Shown here piece by piece: positions 56,956-64,000 of a stretch of DNA of 64,000 bases (its first letter is position 1; the number at the start of each line of letters is the position of its first letter). The stretch covers positions 41,519 to 105,518 of the forward strand of contig DATNED010000059.1 in assembly GCA_035553115.1 (NCBI GenBank), in the 5' to 3' direction. The position numbers and the translations under genes are program-made. The stretch is from Terriglobales bacterium (GTDB lineage: Bacteria; Acidobacteriota; Terriglobia; Terriglobales; SCQP01). Below the pieces are notes generated by a model, which made no database searches, was not told the origin of the DNA, and was given only the letters and a program-made list of their open reading frames with translations.

Positions 56956-57399
56956 TTACTGCCCCATGCCGGGCGGCAGCGAGGCACGATCCACCTTCTC
57001 GGTTTCCATTGCGATGCTGTCCACGCCGGCGTCGCGAATCGCGTCCACCACTGCGGCCACCGCCGAGAAGTGTGCCGCCTTGTCGGCTTTGACGTACACC
57101 GTCTTGTCGAGCTTGTTGCTGACCTCGTCGCGCACCTTGTCGGTGATCGCATCGGTGGTGAGCATATCGTTGCCCAAGTACATTCGGCCGTCGTGGCTGA
57201 TCGCCACCACCACCGCATCCTCCTTGTCCGCATCCGGAAGCATCTGCGGATTCTGTGCCTGGGCCAGCGTCAGCTGAATATGGTTCTGCATCAGCGGTGT
57301 GATGACCATGAAAATAATCAGCAGCACCAGCATCACATCGACCAGCGGCGTGACGTTGATGTCGGAGGTGACTGCTACTTGAGGACGATGCCAGCCCAT
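56956..57399 (-). CDS. exbD: ExbD/TolR biopolymer transport protein (second copy)
   Basis: INVTPLVDVMLVLLIIFMV motif. ATG 57399 has a purine-rich RBS and is preferred over the upstream TTG 57432. Confidence 0.85.
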   Translation of the reverse strand: MGWHRPQVAVTSDINVTPLVDVMLVLLIIFMVITPLMQNHIQLTLAQAQNPQMLPDADKEDAVVVAISHDGRMYLGNDMLTTDAITDKVRDEVSNKLDKTVYVKADKAAHFSAVAAVVDAIRDAGVDSIAMETEKVDRASLPPGMGQ

Positions 57400-57474
57400 G
57401 GGGAATCCCTCTCTTGCGGAGCGGCGGTCCAACCGGCCGCGCCCCGCTTTTCGATCAGTTGACCAGTGCCCACG

Positions 57475-58200
57475 CTACTTGCGCGCTGTCGAGCGGCCCG
57501 ACTGCTTCAAGAAGTAGTCCACCAGCTCGCTGCCGGAATTGTCCATCTCGATGTCAAAGGCCTCGATCTTGCCGCTGAAGTAGTTGTAGGCCCACACCGC
57601 TGGGATGGCCACGAACAAGCCGAATGCGGTGGTCACCAAGGCTTCAGAAATGCCGCCAGCCACCGCCGTCAATCCCGTCGTCTTCTCGGCGCTCATGCTC
57701 GCGAACGCGTGAATGATGCCCAGCACCGTGCCGAACAGCCCCACGAATGGCGCCGTCGCCCCGATGGTTGCGAGCGATCCCAAGCCGCGCTTCAAGTCGG
57801 CGTGCTCGATCGCTTGGGCGCGCGCAAGTGCGCGCTGGGAGGCTTCGATTTCGTCGCCCGAAACTTCGCTGGACCCCTGATGCGCCTGGAATTCGCCAAG
57901 CCCTGCGCTCACCACCTTGGCCAAGTGGCTCTTCTTGTTGACTTCTGCCACCTTGATGGCTTCGTCAAGGCGTCCCTGCTTCAGCGCGCCCGCCACTTTC
58001 GGCGCGAAAATGCGCGACTGCTTCTTTGCCGAAGAGTAAAGCAAATAGCGGTCCACCATGACGGCGATCGAAAGCACCGACATGAAGAAAAGCACAATCA
58101 CGACAGCACGAGCAGACCAGCCCATATTGCGCCACATGCCCAGAAGGCTGAGGTCAACGCCGCCGGTATCTTGAAGCCACATGAACATTGCGAAAAGCAT
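57475..58200 (-). CDS. exbB: MotA/TolQ/ExbB proton channel protein
   Basis: Three TM helices. C-terminal TAPFVGLFGTVLGII ... ISEALVTTAFGLFVAIPA. Confidence 0.9.
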   Translation of the reverse strand: MLFAMFMWLQDTGGVDLSLLGMWRNMGWSARAVVIVLFFMSVLSIAVMVDRYLLYSSAKKQSRIFAPKVAGALKQGRLDEAIKVAEVNKKSHLAKVVSAGLGEFQAHQGSSEVSGDEIEASQRALARAQAIEHADLKRGLGSLATIGATAPFVGLFGTVLGIIHAFASMSAEKTTGLTAVAGGISEALVTTAFGLFVAIPAVWAYNYFSGKIEAFDIEMDNSGSELVDYFLKQSGRSTARK

Positions 58201-58276
58201 TGGAGTCGGGTTCCTTTCGGGGGTTGGAGGTCAGTATTGCAAAACGAATAAATACGCAGAATCTGCGGCAGCGGGA

Positions 58277-58987
58277 TCAGCCGCCCAGGCTGAATTTCAC
58301 CGTGATGGTGGTATCCACCTCTTGCGCGGTCCCGTCCAGCACCATGGGATGGTACCGCCACTGCGACACCACGCGGCGCGCCTCGCCTACCAGCAATTGG
58401 TTTCCGCTCACCACGTCCAGGCTTTTAATGGTGCCATCCGCGGCAATGATTGCGTGCAGCACCACATCGCCTTGGATATGCGCTGCCTTCGCGATCGGCG
58501 GATACGAAGGCTTCGGGCAGGCGATGCACATCGCCTCTTGAACCGAACCGCCGACCTTGACCGGTGCCGGCGGCGGAGGAGGTGGCGGCGGCGGCGGCGC
58601 ATTGCTGATCAACGAACCGATCGCGTCGCCCACGGTGCTGGTGCTGGCGAGGTTGACCGGCGGGGGCGGCGCGGTCTCTACCACGCGCTCAATCCCCTTC
58701 GGGATGGTGCGCGGCGCGATGATCTGATTGTTGGTCGTCACCTCGCTCATAATGTGGTGCACCACGATCTTCGGCATCGGTGGGGGAGGCGGCGGCGGGG
58801 GTGGCGGAGGAGGAGGCGCGCTAAGAAAGGCGGACATGCTCGATGCCGGCAAGAGCTGGTAGTAAATCAACGGCACAATCGCCATCACTGCCACTACCAC
58901 GATCTGGATCGCTAGCGACACCATCATCGTGGTCGGCTTCCGCGTTCCGACTTTGTGGGTGGACTCGACCAGGCTTTGCTCGAACAT
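58277..58987 (-). CDS. tonB: Energy transducer TonB
   Basis: N-terminal TM anchor. Proline runs of 13 and 10 residues, counted from codons. C-terminal TonB_C (YPPIAKAAHIQGDVVLHAIIAADGTI). Confidence 0.9.
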   Translation of the reverse strand: MFEQSLVESTHKVGTRKPTTMMVSLAIQIVVVAVMAIVPLIYYQLLPASSMSAFLSAPPPPPPPPPPPPPMPKIVVHHIMSEVTTNNQIIAPRTIPKGIERVVETAPPPPVNLASTSTVGDAIGSLISNAPPPPPPPPPPAPVKVGGSVQEAMCIACPKPSYPPIAKAAHIQGDVVLHAIIAADGTIKSLDVVSGNQLLVGEARRVVSQWRYHPMVLDGTAQEVDTTITVKFSLGG

Positions 58988-58997
58988 TCAGATCCCC

Positions 58998-60224
58998 CTA
59001 TCCGCGCACCAGTTTTTCGCTCGCCTTGCCCGCGCCTGCGGTCGCCCGCAGCGGACGCTGCCGCTGGTTGCGCCACTCAATGTAGGCCACCATCATCGGT
59101 GCGGCCACCGCGATCGAAGAGTACGTCCCCACCAAAATCCCGAACGTCATCGCGAAGCTGAACCCGCGCAGTGCCTGTCCGCCCAAAACCAGTAGCGAGA
59201 GCACCGAGAGAAATGTCAGCCCCGAGGTCAGCACCGTCCGGCTCAGCGTCTGGTTGATGCTGCGATTCACTACCACGGGCAGCTTGTCGCGCCGCATGAT
59301 CGGCAGGTTTTCCCGGACGCGGTCAAAAACCACGATAGTGTCGTTCATCGAATAGCCCACCAACGTCAGGAACGCGGCAACCACCGTCAGGTCAATCGGC
59401 AGGCGCGCCACCGAGAACATCCCCAGCGTGATCAGCACGTCATGGAAGACGGCAACCACTGCCGCAACACCATAAATCAACTCAAATCGGAATGCAATAT
59501 AAATCAGCATCGCGCCCAGCGAATACAGTACGGAGCGCAACGCCTGCGCGCGCAGCTCCGACCCCACCTGTGGCCCAATGATGCTGGTCGAACGCACCGA
59601 AAACGGCCCCAGGAAAAAATCTTGGCTTGCCATCTGCGCCAATTGCGCATTGCCGGGTGCCGCCGCCAGCGCATCGATCGAAGGAAATACGCCGGCGTCC
59701 TGTTTATCGCGCCGGTTGTTGATCAGCGCTTCTGCAAGCGCCGTATAGCGCTTGTTCGCCTCCTCCGCGCCCAGCCCCATGTAGCCTTCTGGATCCTTCT
59801 GCACCAGCCAGTTGGAGAAGGTCTGCACCCCGACGCTGTTCAAGTCCTGCTTGCCGCCGGACGTCACGCCGGTTACCCGGTACAGCACCGCTACGATGTC
59901 GTCCTTCGTTTTATTCAAATCCGCTTGGTTCAACTGCGACAATGGCGCCGAAATCAACACTTCGTCCGATCCGCTCCCATTGATCGGCTGAATGGTGATG
60001 TCACCCATCTTCGCCGCTTCCAGCGCGCTCCGGATCTGCTCGGTGGGCACACTCCGGTTGAACTTCACGTCCAATTGCGTTCCGCCGGTGAAATCAATCC
60101 CCATGTCCGGTCCCTTGTGGATCGCCAAGGCGACCATGCCCACTACAAAAAGAACCATGGTCACGGTGAGGAAGTACCACTTTTTCCCAAGGAAATCTAT
60201 GTCGGTGTCGCGAAAAAATTCCAT
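58998..60224 (-). CDS. secF: Protein translocase subunit SecF
   Basis: FLGKKWYFLTVTMVLFVVG ... DFTGGT ... GYSMNDTIVVFDRVRE. Confidence 0.95.
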   Translation of the reverse strand: MEFFRDTDIDFLGKKWYFLTVTMVLFVVGMVALAIHKGPDMGIDFTGGTQLDVKFNRSVPTEQIRSALEAAKMGDITIQPINGSGSDEVLISAPLSQLNQADLNKTKDDIVAVLYRVTGVTSGGKQDLNSVGVQTFSNWLVQKDPEGYMGLGAEEANKRYTALAEALINNRRDKQDAGVFPSIDALAAAPGNAQLAQMASQDFFLGPFSVRSTSIIGPQVGSELRAQALRSVLYSLGAMLIYIAFRFELIYGVAAVVAVFHDVLITLGMFSVARLPIDLTVVAAFLTLVGYSMNDTIVVFDRVRENLPIMRRDKLPVVVNRSINQTLSRTVLTSGLTFLSVLSLLVLGGQALRGFSFAMTFGILVGTYSSIAVAAPMMVAYIEWRNQRQRPLRATAGAGKASEKLVRG

Positions 60225-60331
60225 TCCCAGCCCTTTGCTCGATCCCCAAATTTGCCCCGGAGCTGGTCAGGTGCTGCCACCCACCGTAGACCCCGAAGTT
60301 GTCAAAAAGTTCCCCGGCCCCGTTCCGGCCC

Positions 60332-61963
60332 CTAGCCAATGCTTAGGTGGGCTCCCCGAATTCCCTGCTGCCGTAGCAATACCCAATCGAAGATGGCGCG
60401 CGAGATGTACACCGCCGTGAACAGGTTGGCGATCAAGCCCGCGGTCAACGTGACCGCAAACCCCTTGATGGGTCCGGTGCCGAACAAGAACAGGAAAATC
60501 GCGCTCACCACCGTGGTGACGTGGGTGTCCAAAATCGTGATGAAGGCTTGCCGAAACCCGATGTCCACCGCCGCCGGCACGCTCTTTCCGTGCCGTATTT
60601 CCTCGCGAATGCGCTCGAAGATCAGCACGTTCGAGTCCACCGCCATGCCGATGGTCAAAATGATCCCGGCGATCCCGGGCAGCGTCAGCGTCGCCGACAC
60701 CAGCGACATGTAGGCCATCAGGATCACCAAATTCAGTACCAGCGCCAGTACCGCATTGATCCCGGCACCGTGATAGTAGAACAGCATGAACCCGGCCACG
60801 AGCAGGAAGCCGGTGATCGCCGCCACGATACCTTCGTGGATCGAGTCTGCGCCCAGCGAGGGCCCAACCACCTCGTTCTGTTGATAGGTGATCGTCGCAG
60901 GTAGGGCTCCAGATCTCAAAATAAACGCCAGGTCGCTGGCTTGCTGCCCCGTGAACGACCCGGTGATTCGCCCCTGATCCTCGATCCGCCCCTCAATGTT
61001 CGCGTATTCCTGAATCTGGTTGTCCAGCACCACGGCCAGCGGATGGTTGATGTTCGCCGCGGTGAACGCCCCGAATCGCTGCCCGGCGTCGCGTGTCAGC
61101 GTGAAGCTCACTTCGGTCTGGCCATTGTTGTCTGTACTGGGGCGGGCGTCCCGCAGATCGTTGCCGCTCACCACCGACGAGCGCGAAACCACATACCAAT
61201 CGCTGGCGCCGCTCGCGTTCGCGCCTCCCCCGATGCTCTTCCCCGGCAAAATCTCGCTGTCTTCCGGGAGCACGCCGCCGTACTGCGCACGCGCCGCCGC
61301 CTCGCTCGGAAACGGTCCCGCCTTGCCCAGCCGGAACTGGAGCTGCGCAGTGTCCTGCATCACCGCCCGCACCCGATCCATGTCGGTGATGCCGGGCAAT
61401 TGCACCAGGATCTCGTACGCGCCCAGCCCGTGCCGCTGCACCGTCGGTTCGGTCACACCCAATTGGTTAATGCGATTGCTGATCGTCTCGATCGATTGCG
61501 TCACCGCATTGTCTTTGATGGATGCCACGGTCGGGGCGTTCAAGCTGAGGTCGTAGTTCCCCGTGCCGATCTCGCTGATGTTGTAGTTCGGCCCCAGATC
61601 GGTTTGCACCAGCGCACGGAAATCGCTCCCCCGGTTCAGTGGAATGCCTTGCACTGTGATTCGCTCCGGGTGGCCTTTCGGATCCGGCTGCGCCAGTGAG
61701 GTGAACGCAATCCCTTTGCTGGTCAAATCCGCACGCAGCCGCTCGGTATCTTGCCCGGTCTGCGATCGCACGGCGTCGTCTGCGTTGACCTGCAGGATCA
61801 AATGCGTACCGCCCTGCAGATCGAGCCCGAGATGGACGTGCGAAAGCATGGACGCCTTCCATGCTTGCCATCCCAGCCCGCTTGGAATGCCAGTGATGGC
61901 CAGCAGGCAGGCCAGAACTACCACCACAATGAAGATGGCTTTGTAGAGTAGAGTGCGTTTCAT
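60332..61963 (-). CDS. secD: Protein translocase subunit SecD
   Basis: LGLDLQGGTHLIL ... large periplasmic domain ... GMAVDSNVLIFERIREE. Confidence 0.95.
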   Translation of the reverse strand: MKRTLLYKAIFIVVVVLACLLAITGIPSGLGWQAWKASMLSHVHLGLDLQGGTHLILQVNADDAVRSQTGQDTERLRADLTSKGIAFTSLAQPDPKGHPERITVQGIPLNRGSDFRALVQTDLGPNYNISEIGTGNYDLSLNAPTVASIKDNAVTQSIETISNRINQLGVTEPTVQRHGLGAYEILVQLPGITDMDRVRAVMQDTAQLQFRLGKAGPFPSEAAARAQYGGVLPEDSEILPGKSIGGGANASGASDWYVVSRSSVVSGNDLRDARPSTDNNGQTEVSFTLTRDAGQRFGAFTAANINHPLAVVLDNQIQEYANIEGRIEDQGRITGSFTGQQASDLAFILRSGALPATITYQQNEVVGPSLGADSIHEGIVAAITGFLLVAGFMLFYYHGAGINAVLALVLNLVILMAYMSLVSATLTLPGIAGIILTIGMAVDSNVLIFERIREEIRHGKSVPAAVDIGFRQAFITILDTHVTTVVSAIFLFLFGTGPIKGFAVTLTAGLIANLFTAVYISRAIFDWVLLRQQGIRGAHLSIG

Positions 61964-61987
61964 TTCAGTTCGCTGTTGTAGGAATGC

Positions 61988-62314
61988 CTATTTGCCCGTC
62001 CCCTCCGTGCTTTCCACCGCGGCAATCGCCGACCGCACGAACTCGAGCTTCACATTGTCCGGACCAACCCGAATCTGCAGAAGGTCATCCTTTATGCTTA
62101 CGATCGTGCCGCGCAATCCCCCGGAGGTGACCACCCGGTCCCCGGCCTTGAGCTCGCGGTGCATCTTCTGCACCCGCTTCTGCCGGCGCTGCACCGGCAT
62201 GATCAGCAGGAAGTAAAAAATTGCAAATACGGCCAGGATCATGATCAATCCCAAGCCGTTGCCGCCCGACGGGGCAGCCTGCATCCATAAAAACGCCAGC
62301 AGAGGGGAAACCAA
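61988..62314 (-). CDS. yajC: Preprotein translocase subunit YajC
   Basis: FYFLLIMPVQRRQKRVQKMHRELKAGDRVVTSGGLRGTIV. Confidence 0.9.
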   Translation of the reverse strand: MVSPLLAFLWMQAAPSGGNGLGLIMILAVFAIFYFLLIMPVQRRQKRVQKMHRELKAGDRVVTSGGLRGTIVSIKDDLLQIRVGPDNVKLEFVRSAIAAVESTEGTGK

Positions 62315-62337
62315 GCGGAATCTTTGCTCCTATTGTA

Positions 62338-63453
62338 CTACCGGGCGGGCGACGAGCCGCCGGGCTCGGGCAACGTCCGCCCAAGCTCGATAGCATGACG
62401 AAGTTGCCGCATGGTGTCAAGGTAGTGGTGCAGATTGTGGTGGGTTTGAAGCTGCGCCGCTAGGATTTCGCGCGCTTGATACAGGTGCCGCAGGTAGGCC
62501 CGCGAGTACCGCGCGCATACCGTGCACCCGCATGCCGGGTCCACGGGCCCGGAGTCGCCGGCAAAACGGGCGTTCTTGATCGAAATCGGACCCTGGGAGG
62601 TGAACAGCAGCCCGTTACGGGCATTCCGCGTCGGCAGCACGCAGTCCATCATGTCCACCCCAAGTGCAACGTATTGCACAAGCTCGTCCGGTGTCCCAAC
62701 CCCCATCAGATAGCGCGGCTTGTCTTTAGGCAAAACGTCTAATGCGGCTTCGACCGCCGCCAGGCTGAGCTCGCGCGGCTCGCCCACCGATACCCCGCCG
62801 ATGGCGTAGCCGGAAAGATTCATCGCCGCCAAGAACTGCGCCGATTCCCGCCTCAGCTCCGGGTACATTCCGCCTTGCACAATCCCGAACAGCGCCGATC
62901 CCGTCTCCGATCCCCCCGACGCTCGCCACGACGTCGCCGATCGCTCCGCCCAGCGGTGCGTACGCTCCATCGAGGCTCGCGCCTGCTCGACCGTTGCCGG
63001 GTAGGGCGTGCAGTCGTCGAACGCCATGATGATGTCCGCACCCAGCGCCAGCTGCACCTCAATTGCCAATTCCGGCGTGAGCATATGCTGGCTGCCGTCC
63101 AGATGCGACCGGAACCGGACCCCTTGCTCCTCGATCTTGTTCAGCGCCGATAGGCTGAAGACCTGGAATCCGCCACTGTCGGTCAGAATCGGGTGCGGCC
63201 AGGAGGCGAACCGGTGCAGGCCGCCCAGGTCCCGAATCAGCTCGTGGCCGGGGCGCAGATAAAGATGATAGGTATTCGCCAGGATGATCTCAGCGCCAAG
63301 CGCCTCGAGTTCGCCTTGGGAAATTGCCTTGACCGACGCCCGCGTCCCCACCGGCATGAAGCACGGCGTCTCGACAGTGCCATGGGGCAACTCGAGCCGT
63401 CCGCGTCGCCCCCTCGATCCGCCTGCTTGCAAAGTGAAAAAAATGCCGGGCAC
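62338..63453 (-). CDS. tgt: tRNA-guanine transglycosylase (queuine tRNA-ribosyltransferase)
   Basis: FMPVGT, TDSGGFQVFSL, LMGVGTPDEL, and Zn site CGCTVCARYSRAYLRHL. Confidence 0.95.
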   Translation of the reverse strand: MPGIFFTLQAGGSRGRRGRLELPHGTVETPCFMPVGTRASVKAISQGELEALGAEIILANTYHLYLRPGHELIRDLGGLHRFASWPHPILTDSGGFQVFSLSALNKIEEQGVRFRSHLDGSQHMLTPELAIEVQLALGADIIMAFDDCTPYPATVEQARASMERTHRWAERSATSWRASGGSETGSALFGIVQGGMYPELRRESAQFLAAMNLSGYAIGGVSVGEPRELSLAAVEAALDVLPKDKPRYLMGVGTPDELVQYVALGVDMMDCVLPTRNARNGLLFTSQGPISIKNARFAGDSGPVDPACGCTVCARYSRAYLRHLYQAREILAAQLQTHHNLHHYLDTMRQLRHAIELGRTLPEPGGSSPAR

Positions 63454-63498
63454 GCTCCAGTGTACCGAAGCCCTCCGCGCGGTCGGCGCTGCCGGAAT

Positions 63499-64000
63499 TT
63501 ACGCAAACGCGGCAGTGACACCGGCGGTGATGAGGCACATGAGAAGCCACAGCGTCCCGGTCGCCGCCAGCGCGGAGCCGAATTTCCCCTTCTTGCCGCC
63601 AAGCTTGGCCACTCCCAACGCCAGCAGCAGCATCGTCCACACGGCGAACAGATCAAGGTGCAGGCTGAAGGCGTAGAGAAATGCCGGCGCCGTGGCTTTG
63701 TCGAGAAAGAACGCGACGTTGGTCGAGATCGGGTTTGTAATCTGGAAGCTGGTCGGGTCTGGCATGACCGCCACCACGACGGTCACCACCAGCCAGTACA
63801 GTGATTGCACTAGGAGCGCATGACTCACCATCGAAAGGCTGGCTTTGTACCGCGCCTCGTACCCTAACAGAAAATTGGAGATTCCCTGGAAGATCCATCC
63901 CAAAAACAACATCACCAGCAGGCCGAGGAACGGAATCGCGTAGAGTAAGATTCCTTCGAACCGCGCCGCGCCGGCCAAGATCGGCTGAAGTTGAGCCGCC
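63499..64000 (-). CDS. Yip1-family membrane protein (5' end probably beyond window edge)
   Basis: Polytopic pattern as in Yip1/DUF1282. The frame stays open upstream of TTG 63978 to the window end. Confidence 0.65.
   Translation of the reverse strand, partial: AAQLQPILAGAARFEGILLYAIPFLGLLVMLFLGWIFQGISNFLLGYEARYKASLSMVSHALLVQSLYWLVVTVVVAVMPDPTSFQITNPISTNVAFFLDKATAPAFLYAFSLHLDLFAVWTMLLLALGVAKLGGKKGKFGSALAATGTLWLLMCLITAGVTAAFA

Noticed and set aside
58255-58267. Short hairpin CGCAGATTCTGCG followed by a T-rich tract just downstream of tonB (minus strand), a possible intrinsic terminator
   Set aside because: The stem is only 5 bp with a 3-nt loop, and the T tract is interrupted. The evidence is insufficient to call a terminator inside what looks like one operon.
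1-64000. Search for tRNA, rRNA, CRISPR arrays, IS elements, integrases, toxin-antitoxin pairs and known defence genes
   Set aside because: None found. Only two intergenic gaps exceed 150 bp (10616-10958 and 49102-49260), which leaves too little room for structured RNA genes. No transposase, integrase or defence-type domains were recognised in any frame, so the window looks like core chromosome rather than an island.

Overview
GC-rich, tightly packed bacterial chromosomal segment. Most gaps are under 100 bp and there are many ATGA/GTGA/TAATG start-stop overlaps. I call about 62 protein-coding genes. I saw no rRNA, tRNA, CRISPR array, IS element, integrase or prophage signal. The gene content points to Acidobacteriota: an ADOP-type duplicated orphan permease, a CarboxypepD_reg-type TonB-dependent receptor, Tat-signal enzymes and a Tad locus. 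That assignment is inference from family knowledge, not a search result. Blocks in order: (1) ABC-2 exporter, MarR and DUF481; (2) ADOP permease, MgtC/DUF4010, a sulfatase-like membrane protein and an FHA-GAF-PP2C phosphatase; (3) a complete 11-gene Tad/Flp pilus locus (10959-20709) with an appended DUF192 gene and a candidate sigma54 promoter; (4) assorted metabolic genes, including an MFS, Tat-signal class-V PLP enzyme, ornithine-cyclodeaminase and TetR cluster; (5) AlkA, a TonB-dependent receptor and korAB; (6) a six-gene operon of soluble proteins only (35404-41919), followed by a TPR protein, kdsB and a convergent orphan ACP/KAS pair; (7) PolX, psd, lolE/lolD and clpC; (8) a GH51 arabinofuranosidase; (9) a long minus-strand operon tgt-yajC-secD-secF-tonB-exbB-exbD-exbD-TPR ending in a GspG-like glycine-rich protein. 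The best candidate for something undescribed is block 6. It encodes a GH39-like barrel, a Cys4-insert epimerase, a GT4 and three tandem CgeB-like glycosyltransferase paralogues. The GH39-like protein reads as a circular permutation (strands 4-8 followed by strands 1-3), and the operon has no priming transferase, flippase, polymerase or exporter. All family assignments come from motif recognition by eye. No database search or structure prediction was run.
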